Positions 25,201 through 39,165 of a DNA stretch of 64,000 nt are shown piece by piece. The position numbers and the translations under genes are program-made. The notes below the pieces were generated by a model that saw only the letters and a list, made by a program, of their open reading frames with translations, ran no database searches and had not been told where the DNA came from. The stretch's first letter is position 1; each line of letters starts with the position of its first letter. This DNA is from Octopus vulgaris (lineage: Eukaryota): assembly GCA_951406725.2 (NCBI GenBank), contig OX597826.1:73842001-73906000 (forward strand), given 5' to 3'.

Positions 25201-28200
25201 CTTTTTTTGGGTGGGGGGCTGTAAATTTTTGTCAGTAAAATTTGACTTGTATGCCGGAAAGTATGGTATACAGTTGCATCTGTTGTATGGTATGCAGGGT
25301 TGCATCTGTTGTATGGTATGCAGGGTTGCATCTGTTGTATGGTATGCAGGGTTGCATCTGTTGTATGGTATGCAGGGTTGCATCTGTTGCATGGTATGCA
25401 GAGTTGCATCTGTTGTATTTACTCTTTAATTGATTAATTTGATATTTTAGTTGTAGGAAAATCAATTGGCACGATTGTAACATGTACAGCTTGTGGCAAA
25501 CAGTTAAACCCTTCCAAAAAGGGAGCTGTGAAAAGACATCCCAAATTAAAAGTGCTGATTTGTAAGGTATGTCATTTATCTTCTCTGGATAATCTTCATT
25601 CTTTTTATGTTCAGATTTGTCCGTATTGGTAATAAGTTAGCTCTCTGACAGCATCTCGTCAGAAAAACCAGCTGTGTTATAGTGTGTGTGTGTGTGTGGT
25701 TTCTTTTGTTTTCCTGCATGGTTTTGCAACTGAATGTCCTTCCAATCATCATTCACTTCACTGCATTGGCAGGCTGTATTTTATTGTGCTATTTAAAAAG
25801 ATTTTTGCATTTTGTAAATCACAATATCTTTATTAAAAAAAGCTGAAACATTTTACTGCAATCATCTTTCTTATCCCCATTCTGTTTATTTTATAATAAA
25901 ACCATAAATTTTAATTGCAGCAGTTTTAAATATGTGGTGATGAAATGAGAGCTTAGAAATTCCTTATTTTAATTTCAGTATTGAAATATATTACGATATC
26001 ACAAAGCTTATATATTCTCTTATATATTGTTGCAGTTTTTTTTTTTTTTTTGTTATCACTGTATCACTCACTGCACCAGCCAGACTTTCAGGTGTTGTTA
26101 TACATTGTTGGTCATGATGCCACCCTGCTGCCTTGGCAACAGGGTGTCATCATGACATTCCCACTAAGCAGGATGCTGCCAGTCTGTTGCAGGGTTACTC
26201 AGATGCAACGGAGTGGACTGGAGCAATGTGAAAATGAAGTGTTTTGCTCAAGAATACACTTCCTGGTTTGGGCGTTGAAATCACAGCTGTGCAATCATTC
26301 ATGCAACACCCTGGCCATGAACCATCACATTTTTTTCTTATACATCTTGAAAACTATTTAGGAAATCAGCTGGTAGGCAGTTCAACCATTTTTTTAGTTC
26401 AGTTTTTGCAATTGAAGCTAGAACTTTTGGTTCATTTAATAGATCTAACAAAGATTAGTATGGTGCAAGTCTGGTTATTCAAAGAATTCTTGAATCTCTT
26501 ACACTGTTCAATAAGAAAGACGATTGAAGATGATGGAAACTCAACTCTGTAGTAATTATCGTCCTCATCCCTTGAGAGTCAATTGCTCTCAGCAGGTTGA
26601 ATACCATCGATCTCCAGCTGGACCTTTTCTCTGCCATTCTTATACATTCACCACATGATAGTTTAGTCCAGTCCTTAATCATCATCATCATCATCATTTA
26701 GCATCCGCTTTCCATGCTAGCATGGGTTGGACGGTTCAACTGGGGCCTGTGAAGCCAGAAGGCTGCATCAGGCCCAGTCTGATCTGGCAGTGTTTCTACG
26801 GCTGGATGCCCTTCCTAATGCCAACTAATCCGTGAGTGTAGTGGGTGCTTTTTACGTGCCACCTGCACAGGTGCCAGATGGAGCTGGCAAACAGCAATGG
26901 ACGGATGCACAGGGGCCAAGCAAGGCTGGCAACGGCCACGATCGGATGGTGCTCTTTACGTTTTAGGTTTTCCTCTTGAGAGTTTGCCATTATTCTTTCC
27001 TTCCAGCAATAGTCTACGTATACCTTGTGCTGCAACTATGTGACCTAAGTACTTTAACTTCTCGTTTTTGATAATTGAAAATAACGATCTTTTTGGTATT
27101 TGCTAGTTGTAGCACTTCTTCATTAGTTTTATGTTTTATCTAGATATTCCCAACATTCTTCTTATATGCCCACATTTCAAAAAGCTTCTGGTTTGCCATA
27201 TAGACATATTAGTTCTTTGTACATTGCCACTGTTAATTATTAAATTGTAATGATGTTACCTTGTGTTTTCTCTCCAACAGAAGTGTTATAAATATTATTC
27301 AAGTGGTGAAATTTCTCGGGACGCTGATGGTCTAGATGAACAGTGCCGATGGTGTGGTGAAGGTGGTCGCTTACTAGGCTGTGATTTCTGTCACAATGCA
27401 TTTTGCAAAGGCTGCATCCTAAGGAATTTAGGGCGGTCAGAGTTATTCATTATAACAGATGGGGGTAAGATTTTTGATCTTTTTGCTTATTATACTCAAA
27501 TGCCTTTTACTCTTTGTAGTTGCATTGAGGGGGGAAACATTTTATATCAAAGGTTGAACTTAATTCTTGCGGCAATACAATTAGCATGGATCTGATTTCT
27601 ATCTTTTATTTGTTTCAGTTGTAGGCCTTTGAAGGGCTTTGTTGAAACAAAATTGAACCCTTATTTTTGAAATCTGGTACTTATTTTGTTGGTCTAATTT
27701 GCCAAATCAATAAGATATTGGGACATAAACAAACTGACATCAGTTATCAAGTGGTGGTGGGGTACAAACACACACAGATATATATATATATATATACATA
27801 TAATATATTAATAAATAAAACATGTGCATATATATATAAGGTGGGCTTCTATCTGTTTTCTGCCTACCAGATATACTTACAAGGCATTGGTTGGCTTGGC
27901 CCAGAGCTATAGTAAAAGACATGCCCCAAGGTGCCATAGAATTATCATCATCATCATTTAACGTCCGTTCTCCATGCTAGCATGGGTTGGACGGTTCGAC
28001 CGGGGATCTGGGAAGCCAGAAGGCTGCACCAGGCTCCTGGCAATGTGGTTGCAAAGTAAGCTTCTTAACCACACAGCCGTCCCTCTGCCTATCTTTGTTT
28101 AACCTTTCAGCATTCAGATTACTCGATCAACTCTAATATTTATTTGTGCACCTTGTTTTGATTTAAGTGTGCATTATCTTGTAACTTTGACATTTCGCTG

Positions 28201-31200
28201 ATATGAATCTTTATTTTGTAAATGACACGGTAGGGGGTTGGTTTGAGGGGCCATATTTGGTTGGTTTGAATATAAAGCAAATTGATTATTTGGGTCACAT
28301 GCGGTCAGCTTAAATGCTAAATGGGTAATATCTTTGCAGTAGACCATTAATTTGCATTTTCTTTCTTTTTTCGTTGCAGGTTCTGAAAAGTGGAAATGTT
28401 ATGTTTGTGATCCTCCCAAAATAAAAGCACTAGTTGTACAGTGTAATGAGGTTTATGAATTATTGGAGGAAGAACGCAAGCGAGATAACCTAATGCAGAT
28501 CAAACAAGTCAAAGCTGAAGAGAAGCAGGCATCTTCCAGTAAAAAAATTGCTGCTACGTCTGTTATTCCAATTTGTGATGAAAGGATGAACATCACTGCA
28601 AAAACCCTTGACACTGTTATTGAAAAGCTACTGGTGGCCACAACTTCTATGACTTTGATGCTAAACACATTAAAATGTGATCTGAAAGAAGCTGAAAATG
28701 TCTCAGACCCTACTGCTGCTGCTGCTGCCGCCGCCACCGGTGATAAGCAAACTGAAAGAGACCAGGGTGTGGTGAAATTAAAGAAAGGTCTTGTGAAATA
28801 TTTCCTGGCTCTAAAAGAGACTCTGTTTGCCTCTGAGGTGAAGGAGGAGAAAGTGGAGAAGAAATCCAATACTTCACTGGGGTCAGATAAGAAATCAGGG
28901 ACGAAGAATCTGAGTGGCAAAGAAAGAGGAAAGGTCGAGAAGAAACAGTCTAAAAGTAAAACTTATTCCAGCGATGAAGATTTCAAGACTTCGAAAAAAG
29001 AAAATGAAACTGAGAAACACAAAGATTTTTCATCTCAAAGTAAAGGGAAAAATGCTTCTAAAGTAAATAATATTTCCAACTCAGTTATCTCTGTCTCAAA
29101 TGATGAAGATGACGACGACGATGATGATGATGATATCGAGTATCTTGGTGAGAGTAAGTTGAGCAATGTGTCTGATAATGACAAAGACAGCAGGGAAAAA
29201 TCCGTTAAAAGAGAAAAATCCGAAGACCAGAATTCAGAAAAAGATTGGAATCTTTTGAAACAAGAAAATAAGGTCTCGCCTCAAAAGAATTCCAATAATC
29301 TTGCCGAGAAGTCCTTGGAAGATCAAGATTTATCTGATGATGGAATGAAAGCAATGGATGAGGATGAAGAGGAGAAGGTGAAGAAGAAGGACAGTAGAGA
29401 AGAGGAAAGAACTCCCAAGAAAAGAGAGAAGAATGAGGAGCGGGGTGGAAGAAAGAAGGAAAAAGAATCAGAAAGATTGTCAAAGAAAAAATCTAACGAT
29501 AAATCAGAAAGATGTGTTAGAAAGAGAGATGAGGAGAAAGTTTCATTGAAGGACAAGGCTAATGAAAAATCACCAAAGAAATCTGAGAAAAATGAAGTGA
29601 AATTTTCCAAATCAAACAATAAAGTGGATGGGGTGAAAAAAGAGGAAGATGATGATAGTGATTTGTCTGTTGATGATATTCCATTGATTAAGCGCTCCCA
29701 GAAAACAGAGAAGAAAAGTACAGATGTGAAAGTGGAACGCAAGAAGAAATCAGGTAAAGATGTTAAAAGTGAATCAGAGAAGAAATCAAGTGTCAGTATT
29801 AAAAGTGAGAGAACTGCAGGTAAAATGGACATTGACAGTGACGACATTGCCGAACCTGTCAGTAACCATTCTGACAGTTTCCTCAGCACCAAACAGATAC
29901 CTGATCCCGAGAATGCTGCTGCACAACTGTCTCTTTTGATGGAAATGGCAAATGAGATATCAAAGAATCAGGGCAACGACTCTGATGACAATAACAACAA
30001 CAACAACAATAACAACAACGACGGTTACGATCATGATGAAGAGGATAATGGATTTACTTATAGCAATGAAGAAGATGATAACGATGAGGATAGTTCTACT
30101 GCTGCTCAAAAAGTAGATTCTGAAAACATAAAATCTGCTGCAGATGGCAACCTCTCTAATTCCTTTGGAAACCGATTCCATGAGAGTGATAATGCCAGTT
30201 TTGCAAATGGTAATAGCATTGATGTTTCCAAGAAAACTGCATCAAGTAAAAATACCCCCAAAAAACAGAGTAATACCGGTGCTACAGAGTCTGATCATGA
30301 ACCTTGTGAATCTGCAGGTGAGAAGAAACGCAGGCGGTCAGACAGGAGGAAATCTTCAGGTGGGAAAGACAAGAATAACGAGAAAGAGCGTAATAACGAG
30401 TCGGATGAAAACAATCCTGTGGATGACAGAAACGAGTCTGACAGTAACAGGAATCAGCCAAACGACCAGAAGAAGGACGACAGCTCTGAATCTGAGAAGG
30501 AAAAGGAGAAGACCGACAATGATGACGACAGTGACAGCAAGTTGACCGTCAAAGCCAAGAAGCAGAAAGAAGCGAAGAAACAAAAAGAAACGAAAAAAAC
30601 GAAAGATAAAAAGACTATCAAACAAGAAAAAGATATCAAAACTGAGACGAATGATTCTAACGATGAAGACGAGAGTAAGATGGGTAAAGAGAAATGTAAG
30701 GAGACTACTGACGATGACAAGCAGCTAGCTGCTGCGAATAGTGCTTCTGACAGTGATTCATCAGATTCCAGCGATGACAGTGATCTTTACACTCGCAAGA
30801 AACGCCGAAGTAGGAAAACCAAGATCAAAAAAGGTTAGTCATTGCTGCTACATGGTCATCTTGCAGTTTTTTTTATTACTAACACTATTGCAGACAAACT
30901 TTCTATTTTTACTGTTAGGTTTGGCCTTTTTTTTTTTTATATCAGTTTTACAACACTGTGATTTAGAATATTAGCAGACTTAAAAGTTTGAAGAACACAG
31001 AAAAACATTTTTGTACTGTTAATTTAAACACTGATTTTAGTGGGACTGGTACCTGTGTCCATGCATGGCACATAAAAAAAACAAAAAAAAAAAACACCAT
31101 CCGAGCGTGGCCATTCGCCAGCCTCGTCTGGCACCTGTGTCAGTGGCACATAAAAAACACCATCCGAGTGTGGCCGTTCGCCAGCTTCTTCTGGCACCTG

Positions 31201-34200
31201 TGTCGGTGGCACGTAAAAAGCACCCACTACACTCATGGAGTGGTTGGCTTTAGGAAGGGCATCCAGCTGTAGAAACACTGCCAGATCTGACTGGCCTGGT
31301 ACAGCCTTCGGGCTTCCCAGACCCCAGTTGAACCGTCCAACCCATGCTAGCATGGAAAACGGACGTTAAACGATGATGATGATGTACTGATATAAGTGTG
31401 TTGATGTATTTGGTGAGAAAAGATGTCAGGTCACCAATTTTATTGTTGATGTAGTCGTTAAACTGAAAATGTTGTGATACAGATGATGGTAATGAATACA
31501 AACAAGTTGATGAAACAAAAGATATCTCCAACATCAAAATTCTTTTATAAAGCTGATAATTAACTGTATTTGAATGTACCCAGAGAAATGTATAATGAAA
31601 TTGAGAATTTAAAGATAGCGTAGTCAAACAGCTATAGGAATAAATTTAAGTTTGTCATCACATAATGTTGTGACTGGGTATGTGTCTGTGTGAGCAACTG
31701 AATTATGTGTACTCTATGTATTTATATGAATTGTATATCCTTTAACTGCTTATGTATGACAGTGTTACATAGATTAATGTATGTAAGAGTAAAAGAAATT
31801 TGAGAGAATCTTACATATGGACCAGGCTGAATGGTCTGAAACCACAATCGAACCAAAAGCTTATATTACCTCACAGTGAAACCTATAGAATGTTCCTTGA
31901 GTAATTTCGTGCGAAAGCTAAAACAGTTCCTTTGAGGTTTGCCAATTTCTATCAAGAACTTTTATTAAATGCGATTGGCTGTAATATATATGTTTCTTTA
32001 TTACCCACAAGGGGCTAAACATAGAGGGGACAGACAAGGACAAACGGATTAAGTTGATTACATCAAGCCCAGTGCGTACTTAATTTATTGACCCCCCCCC
32101 CCAAGGATGAAAGGCAGAGTTGACCTTGGCAGAATTTGAACTTAGAACGTAATGGCAGGCGAAATACGGCTATGCATTTCACCTGGCGTGCTAACGCTTC
32201 TGCCAGCTCGCCGCCTTATTGGCTGTAATATATATGTTTCTTTGTTACCCACAAGGGGCTAAACATAGAGGGGACAAACAAGGACAGACAAACGGATTAA
32301 GTTGATTACATCAACCCCAGTGCGTACTTAATTTATCGGGACCCCCCCCACACACCAAAGGATGAAATGCAGAGTTGACCTCGGCAGAATTTGAACTTAG
32401 AACGTAACGGCAGGCGAAATACGGCTATGCATTTCACCTGGTGTGCTAACGTTTCTGCCAGCTCGCCGCCTTATTGGCTGTAATATATATCGGTGTGTTG
32501 GTTAACTGTGTGGGTGTTTATTGCTAACTTTTATAAAATTTACCAAATATTGTTATATCAATGAAATGCAGATTAAAATTCAGAATTGCAGTAAGATCAA
32601 GTCTGGCGAGCAATCAATGTAATTATGTAGTAATTTGATCCAAGTGGGAAACAATATATTCGTTATACTTGCTATATTTTCTCCTGGGTGTGGGTATGAT
32701 AAAGCTGGTATCATGTATTATTTATGTCTTACCTCTGACTTATTTTATCTAATGCCTCAAAACCTTATTGGACTCTGTAGCAACAACTTTCTGTTTGGTG
32801 TTTATGTAATATAAACTAGTCCCTTTTTTCTCTTTAGAGGAGAAAGGAACTCCAGTGAAAGGACAAAGAAAAACCAGGGAATCGTCTGCCAATGAGAAAA
32901 ACAAGAAAGGAGATGAAGACAATGTAAAGAAACGAGTCACCCGGAGTCGATCCGGGGCATCCGCAAATAAAGATACCAAAGCGAAAGAGAAAGGACAGCA
33001 TTCAGATTCCTCCAACTACGATTCTGAGCTGGAGAAAGAAATCAATAAATTGTCTCAGAAAGTTACTGTAAAGAAGTCGGGAGAAAGAAGAAAGAGAGGA
33101 CCAAACAAAACGAAGAGAAAGAGAAATGTCAAGAAAGGTTTGTATCAATGTCGTTCAACCTTTTGTTTGTGTGGTGTGCATTGATTGTAGGTGTTGTGTT
33201 AGCATGTGCTGTAGGCGCAGGAGTGGCTGTGTGGTAAGTAGCTTGCGAACCAACCACATGGTTCCAGGTTCAGTCCCACTGCCTGGCATCTTGGGCAAGT
33301 GTCTTCTGCTATAGCCCCGGGCCGACCAATGCCTTGTGAGTGGATTTGGTAGACAGAAACTGAAAGAAGCCCTGTCGTATATATGTATATATATATATAT
33401 AAGTATGTGTGTCTGTGTTTGTCCCCCTAGCATTGCTTGACAACCGATGCTGGTGTGTTTACGTCCCCGTCACTTAGCGGTTCGGCAAAAGGGACCGATA
33501 GAATAAGTACTGGGCTTACAAAGAATAAGTCCCGGGGTCGATTTGCTTGACTAAAGGTGGTGCTCCAGCATGGCCGCAGTCAAATGACTGAAACGAGTAA
33601 AAGAGTAAGAGTATACCTTTATTGACTTCATTGTTCTTTTTTGTTGTTTTTTTTACAGCTAATGCCGGAGAAAACAATGCAGATGTATCATTTTCTGATT
33701 CCTCTCAAGAGTCTGAGCAGTCTTCAGATGAAGAAAAGTGTGTCAAAGAAGTTAGTAATTAACCTTATTTAAATTTCTTTTTAGAATAGTTAGAAAGTTA
33801 TATTATTTTGAAAGAAATTCTTGTCAGATTTCAAAATAGAAAGAAACAAATGTCTCTTTGATATATTTACCCTTTTGATACTTAACCACCCATGGTCACC
33901 CTTAATTTAGAGACTATATTTACTATATTCCTCATTATTTTAAAACTTAATTGAAAGAAAATTTCTGTATTTTAACAGAAATGTGGTATTTCACCTCATA
34001 ATTGGTAATCTTCTCTATTTAGCAAATTTTTGACCCTTTCAGTATTAAATTCTTCAGGTTTTGAAGCAAAAAAACACCCAGTATCATTTTTAACAATTAA
34101 TAAACTGTTTTCCCTCAAAATAATGTTGCAGCAATCTGAAAAGATGGGATTCAGGGGGAACAACATCAGGAAAGTAAGGTGGAGAAGAGAAAACATTTAC

Positions 34201-37200
34201 TGCTATTATCATTTCCTGAGTGAATTGGGCAATATCACCATTACTCATCATTTAACGTCTGCTTTCCATTCTGGGATGGTTTGACAGGGGTCAACCAAGC
34301 TGAAACTTGCACCAGACTTCTGGTGACTATTTTGCCAGGATTTTTACAGCTGGATGCCCTTCCTAACACCAACCACTCACCAGAGTGATTTTGTATTAAC
34401 ATGTATGAGCAGCACCCCTTTATGATTGACCAACGAGGGGTGATTTCCTGCAGATTTTTATGCAATGCTTCCAATTTGATCACTACTTCTCCACATTTAA
34501 TTTTTGTTTTAACATATATGTTTTGCTAATTCTCATGCAGTTTGCTTTGGAATTTCCTCAACTGAGGTTTTCAGGAAATTGAGAGTACCTGGTTGTCCAG
34601 ATTGAGGGGAATCTACAAGAAAACAAATTTCCTGAGTGAAACTGGCCAAACTCATTGGCATGTCTGGAGACTTAAAACTTAATTTTCCATAGACAGAATG
34701 AATATTTCTTGCCATTTCCATTGTTGAAGAATCCTTTTGTATTCATACAGCATGCAGTGTCTGATATGGGGTTTGATCTAAACACATTTTAAAAGGGTAA
34801 AATTGGTACAAATTTAATCATTAATTGTATAAAATAATCTGAAAAAAAAATCAAGATTATTTAACTGTAAATATTGAAAAAGTGCTCTCAAAGAGTGATC
34901 TCGTCAAAATTGCAACTGGACTTTCTTTGTAAACAAATAGTATATTGGTAACTTATTTATTTGCTCGGTAGAAAGAATGCTTAATTTTAGTTCTTTAATA
35001 ATTTTAATGATTGAATCAGTTCAAATTAGCAAATACTGAGTTGTTTGAATTTTTGTTTTCATTTTAACTACAACGTAGCAGAGGAAGACTGTGGTAGTTT
35101 AAATTTGTGATTTCTGTATCATAAGGGGTAGGCAACACAAGATGATGTGGTAAATGCTACTATAGTCACTTAGTCATCAAAGTTTTGTAACATTCAGTAC
35201 AATAAAACATAGTAATAGAATTAATGAACCAATAAGACAGCCTCTATTTGAGCATTCGATATACTAGAAATAACAGCCAAATTTCCCTTGTATGATACCC
35301 AGTTGCTTTAGAAAAGGAACACAATAATAGTTGTGGCTGTAAAAAGTTGTGATGGTCAAGGCTGGATCAATTTTTATCTTAAGTCTGCTGGGTCATGATT
35401 TAGACTAATCTACAGTAGACTGTATTGTCTATACTGTGATGCAAACTTAAAAAAACTCATTTAGATACGATGGTGCATAGTTTTGCAATATTTTGGTAAT
35501 TTATTTTGCATTATTCGTTAAGTTACTACAAAAGCAGCCTAGTATTCAAAGTAGAGGGCATTGTGTTGCAGTGCCAGTTCTTTGATCTCACACTGATACT
35601 AGTTCTGGGCTCTCGAGACGAAGAACTCCTTGACTGAAACTTCCACTTCTTCTCGGATGATAAAGTGTTGTAAGTGATGGATCAGAGCAAGTAATAATTT
35701 GAGGGAGTTAGGTCTGAACTATATGCTGGGTGTAGCATCAGTTTGATTCCCTTAAATTCCTGGAGTTTATTCTGGGTTGTTCAAGCAGTTTGAGTTCTTG
35801 CATTGTCTTGCTGCAGAAGAGATCACTTTCTGTTTAACCAATGCTGGGTACTTTGGCTGCGCAATGACATGCATCTACTCCAGTTGTTTGGAGTACAGGT
35901 TGGTATCAAGGATTTGAGCATCTGAAACAAACTCCTAGTGAATAATCCTCTCGTAATTCCACTGGACACAGAGCATCACCTCGTGTTCAAAGCACCTATG
36001 TTTGGCAACAGGTTTTGGAAGCCTAACCCTTGCTTAACCACTGCTTGTGCATGTTAGGATTGCAGAAAAATATCTCCCTTGGATTATTGTTTGGGTGCCA
36101 CTTTGGCATGTGATCTATAACTTCAAGGGCGATTACATTAGGTTAGTTTGTTACTAAGAAATTTCCAAAATAAAACAATTTACAATGTTAAAGTATGTAC
36201 AAAAGAATTTATTGTAAAAAGTTTTTAGCCAACATCTTAAGGGATTTTAGAAATTGAAAAGTAAACTAAAAGGTAACTTAAAGTAATTGCTCTTTAGGTT
36301 GTAGATCACACACCAAAGTAGCACCATCATTTGTTCCTTTCATCCTATTGGGATTGTTAAAATAATAAGTACCAGCCTTGTACTGGATGAATTTTGAGCC
36401 TTCTTTACATGTTTCTTTCACATTAAATATTTTATGACAAAGAAGTTTATTTGTCGTAAAATATAGTTTCATTTTGTAAAAAATTAATTCTTAGATGCAA
36501 AAAATATTTTACCAAAACAAAAACAAAAAGAAAATTTATTGAAGTATGTTTTTTTTTTATTTTGTGTGTGTACTAATTTGCTATTTATAACTACATTATT
36601 TGTATGACTTCAATTACTGCAGGAAGTTGATCAGAAGATAAAGGAGGAGGAAGAGAAAGCCATGACTTTAAGTATGATGGATAAAGAAGGAGAGGATGAA
36701 GATGATGATGATAGCTCCGATACTGATAGCAGTGATTCAGGTATCTCATTATTTTTCTTTGTTTCGCTTTATTTCTTCTTCTACTTTATTTGCTTTTTGT
36801 CTTGATACACAATGAAGTTGGTCGTTCTAACTGTTGAAATCTGTTTTATTCCCCACCAGAAATCATTACTAACAAGAAGCGGAAGCGATCAGATAAGACC
36901 AAAAAAGGCGGAGACGAATCAGATTCCCATCCAAAGAAGAAACAGAAAAGCAATCGTCTTTTACGAGCAAAACTGTCAGAATCTGGATCTGATAAATCTG
37001 GAGACGAATCCGAAAAGTAAGTTGGATTTACTTATTTTCATCCCATTTGGTGATGGCATTTATTAAAATGCCTTTGTGGTCTTTTAGTAATTAAGATGTG
37101 AAGATAATTGGCCTTGTGGTTAGAATGTTAGCCTCATGATGAGAAAGCCATAAACTTGATTCATTGATCGGTCAGCAGATTGTGTCTTTGAGCAAGGCAT

Positions 37201-38841
37201 GTCATTTTGTGTTATTCCAGTCTATTTAGCTAAAACGTGACAGCTGGAAGGCAAGATGGGTGCACCAGCACTTAAAATAATAAAAAACAAACGTTCTGAT
37301 TTTCATGATGATATTTTAGCTGTCAAATAATCTTTCAAATGGTGCTCCTAATATTTGGAGAAAGGTGAGCAGAGTTTTAATTTTATTGTTTAATTACTGG
37401 ACAGGAAATGAATCAGATTGGCTACACAAAATAATAATGTTAATTGCTTTTCTACACCTAAAATGGACATGTCATTTAATTAGCATGGCACTCTTTTTTT
37501 TTTCCTTCCTTCTCTATTTTCACCATTGTTATTTGTGTGTTGGTGTTAGAAAGGGCATCCTTTTGTAGAATTCATGCCAAAGCTGACACTGGACCATTAT
37601 GTAGGTTCTTGGCTCCATCAGATCCTATCAAACTGTCCAACCTATACCAGCATAAAACTGGGATGTTTAATAATGATGATGATATGTGTGTGTGTGAAAT
37701 ATTAACATTGTTTCACCATCATTTCTCTTATATGTAAACATTATTATAACTGAGCCATACATATTTATATAGTTAATTAATGTGTGCCTAGGCCTCCTAG
37801 CATTGGGTCCTAGCATTGCAACACACTTAGCATGTACCTTGGGCATTTAAACCTTCCAAAGCCTGTCTCTCTCCAGGCCTAATCTAAGCTGATTTCTCCC
37901 AGGCAGCGTTGAGGGGAAGGGAGGTATAGGGAAGAAATAAGTGGTACTTTATTTATCCTAAAGGTAGAATTGAGTACATGGCTACTGTAAGGCTTTCGAT
38001 CTGATACTCGGATAACCTATTCGATTCACCTATAGATACATAGAAAGAGAGAGAGAGAGAGAGAGAGAAAAATAGTGATAATTTCTGGAATCAACTGTGT
38101 GTGACAGTCAAATAGATATTTTTTGAAAATTAAATGACATTCTGAGAGAGAAAATAACCATTTATCTGCTCTCTTCAGTTGGATTATTGATTTTTTGTAA
38201 TGAATTAAGTTGATCTGCTAATCAGTTTATTTCTGTATTAATTAGGAAGAAAAATAAAAACAGCGATGACGACGACGACGACGAAGATGCAGAGATAGAC
38301 GAAGACGAGGAAGAGGAAGAGGATAGTGGCAGCGGTAGTGCAGTTTCTAGTTCTGAATCTTCGGAAGAGGAGGAGGATGAGGACTCTGATGAGGGGTCGA
38401 AGAAGAAGAAGAAGAAAAAGAAGAAAGGCTCTGAGAGCAAAGGTCGGTCATATAAAAAGAAAGGGAAGAAGGGAAAACGTCGGAAACGTATTAAAGCACC
38501 AAAGAATTCATCAGATTCTGATGTAAGTGGAGGCATTTCGGCTTGTTCTTATGTCCAATGTATTTCTGTTGTTAGCTGCTGGTCAATCTGATCCTGTAGT
38601 GACCATCCCTATGTTATTTTTTCTCTTCTATGATTTACATTGTATTCCATATCTTCCTTTTTTTAAAAGAAGATAGGGTTTAATTTGAAGGCATTTTGGC
38701 TGCTATTTCTAGTAGGCTTGTGAACTTGTAGAGAGGTTTACTAAATAAATATACGCACATATATATATACATACATACATACATTTGTGTGTGTGTATGT
38801 ATGTATTTATATATATATATACTTACATACATACATACATT

Positions 38842-38885
<44 letters not shown>

Positions 38886-39092
38886 TATATATATATACAC
38901 ACACATATATTACGAGTGGAGCTGGAATTATTTAAGGGATGAAACAAAGTTACCCCTTTCCCTATATATATATATATATAAATTAGAAAAAAAACACCTT
39001 TTATATAATATGTATATTGTATTTTGTGACATTTGATTTAGTATTTCTAAATTGAATTTTCCCCTGTAAGTTTGGAATAATATTCTCTCATA

Positions 39093-39165
<73 letters not shown>

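Noticed and set aside
25261-25418. Regular repeat array resembling CRISPR
   Set aside because: Head-to-tail units with no unique spacers, eukaryotic intron, no cas genes
28453-30720. Several long antisense and alternative-frame ORFs over exon 7
   Set aside because: Expected shadows of low-complexity K/E/D/S codons; no independent signals
28380-33137. HP1-binding PxVxL/LxVxL motif expected in ATRX
   Set aside because: Only partial matches seen (GVVKL, EKVSL, LTVKA); cannot be assigned by eye
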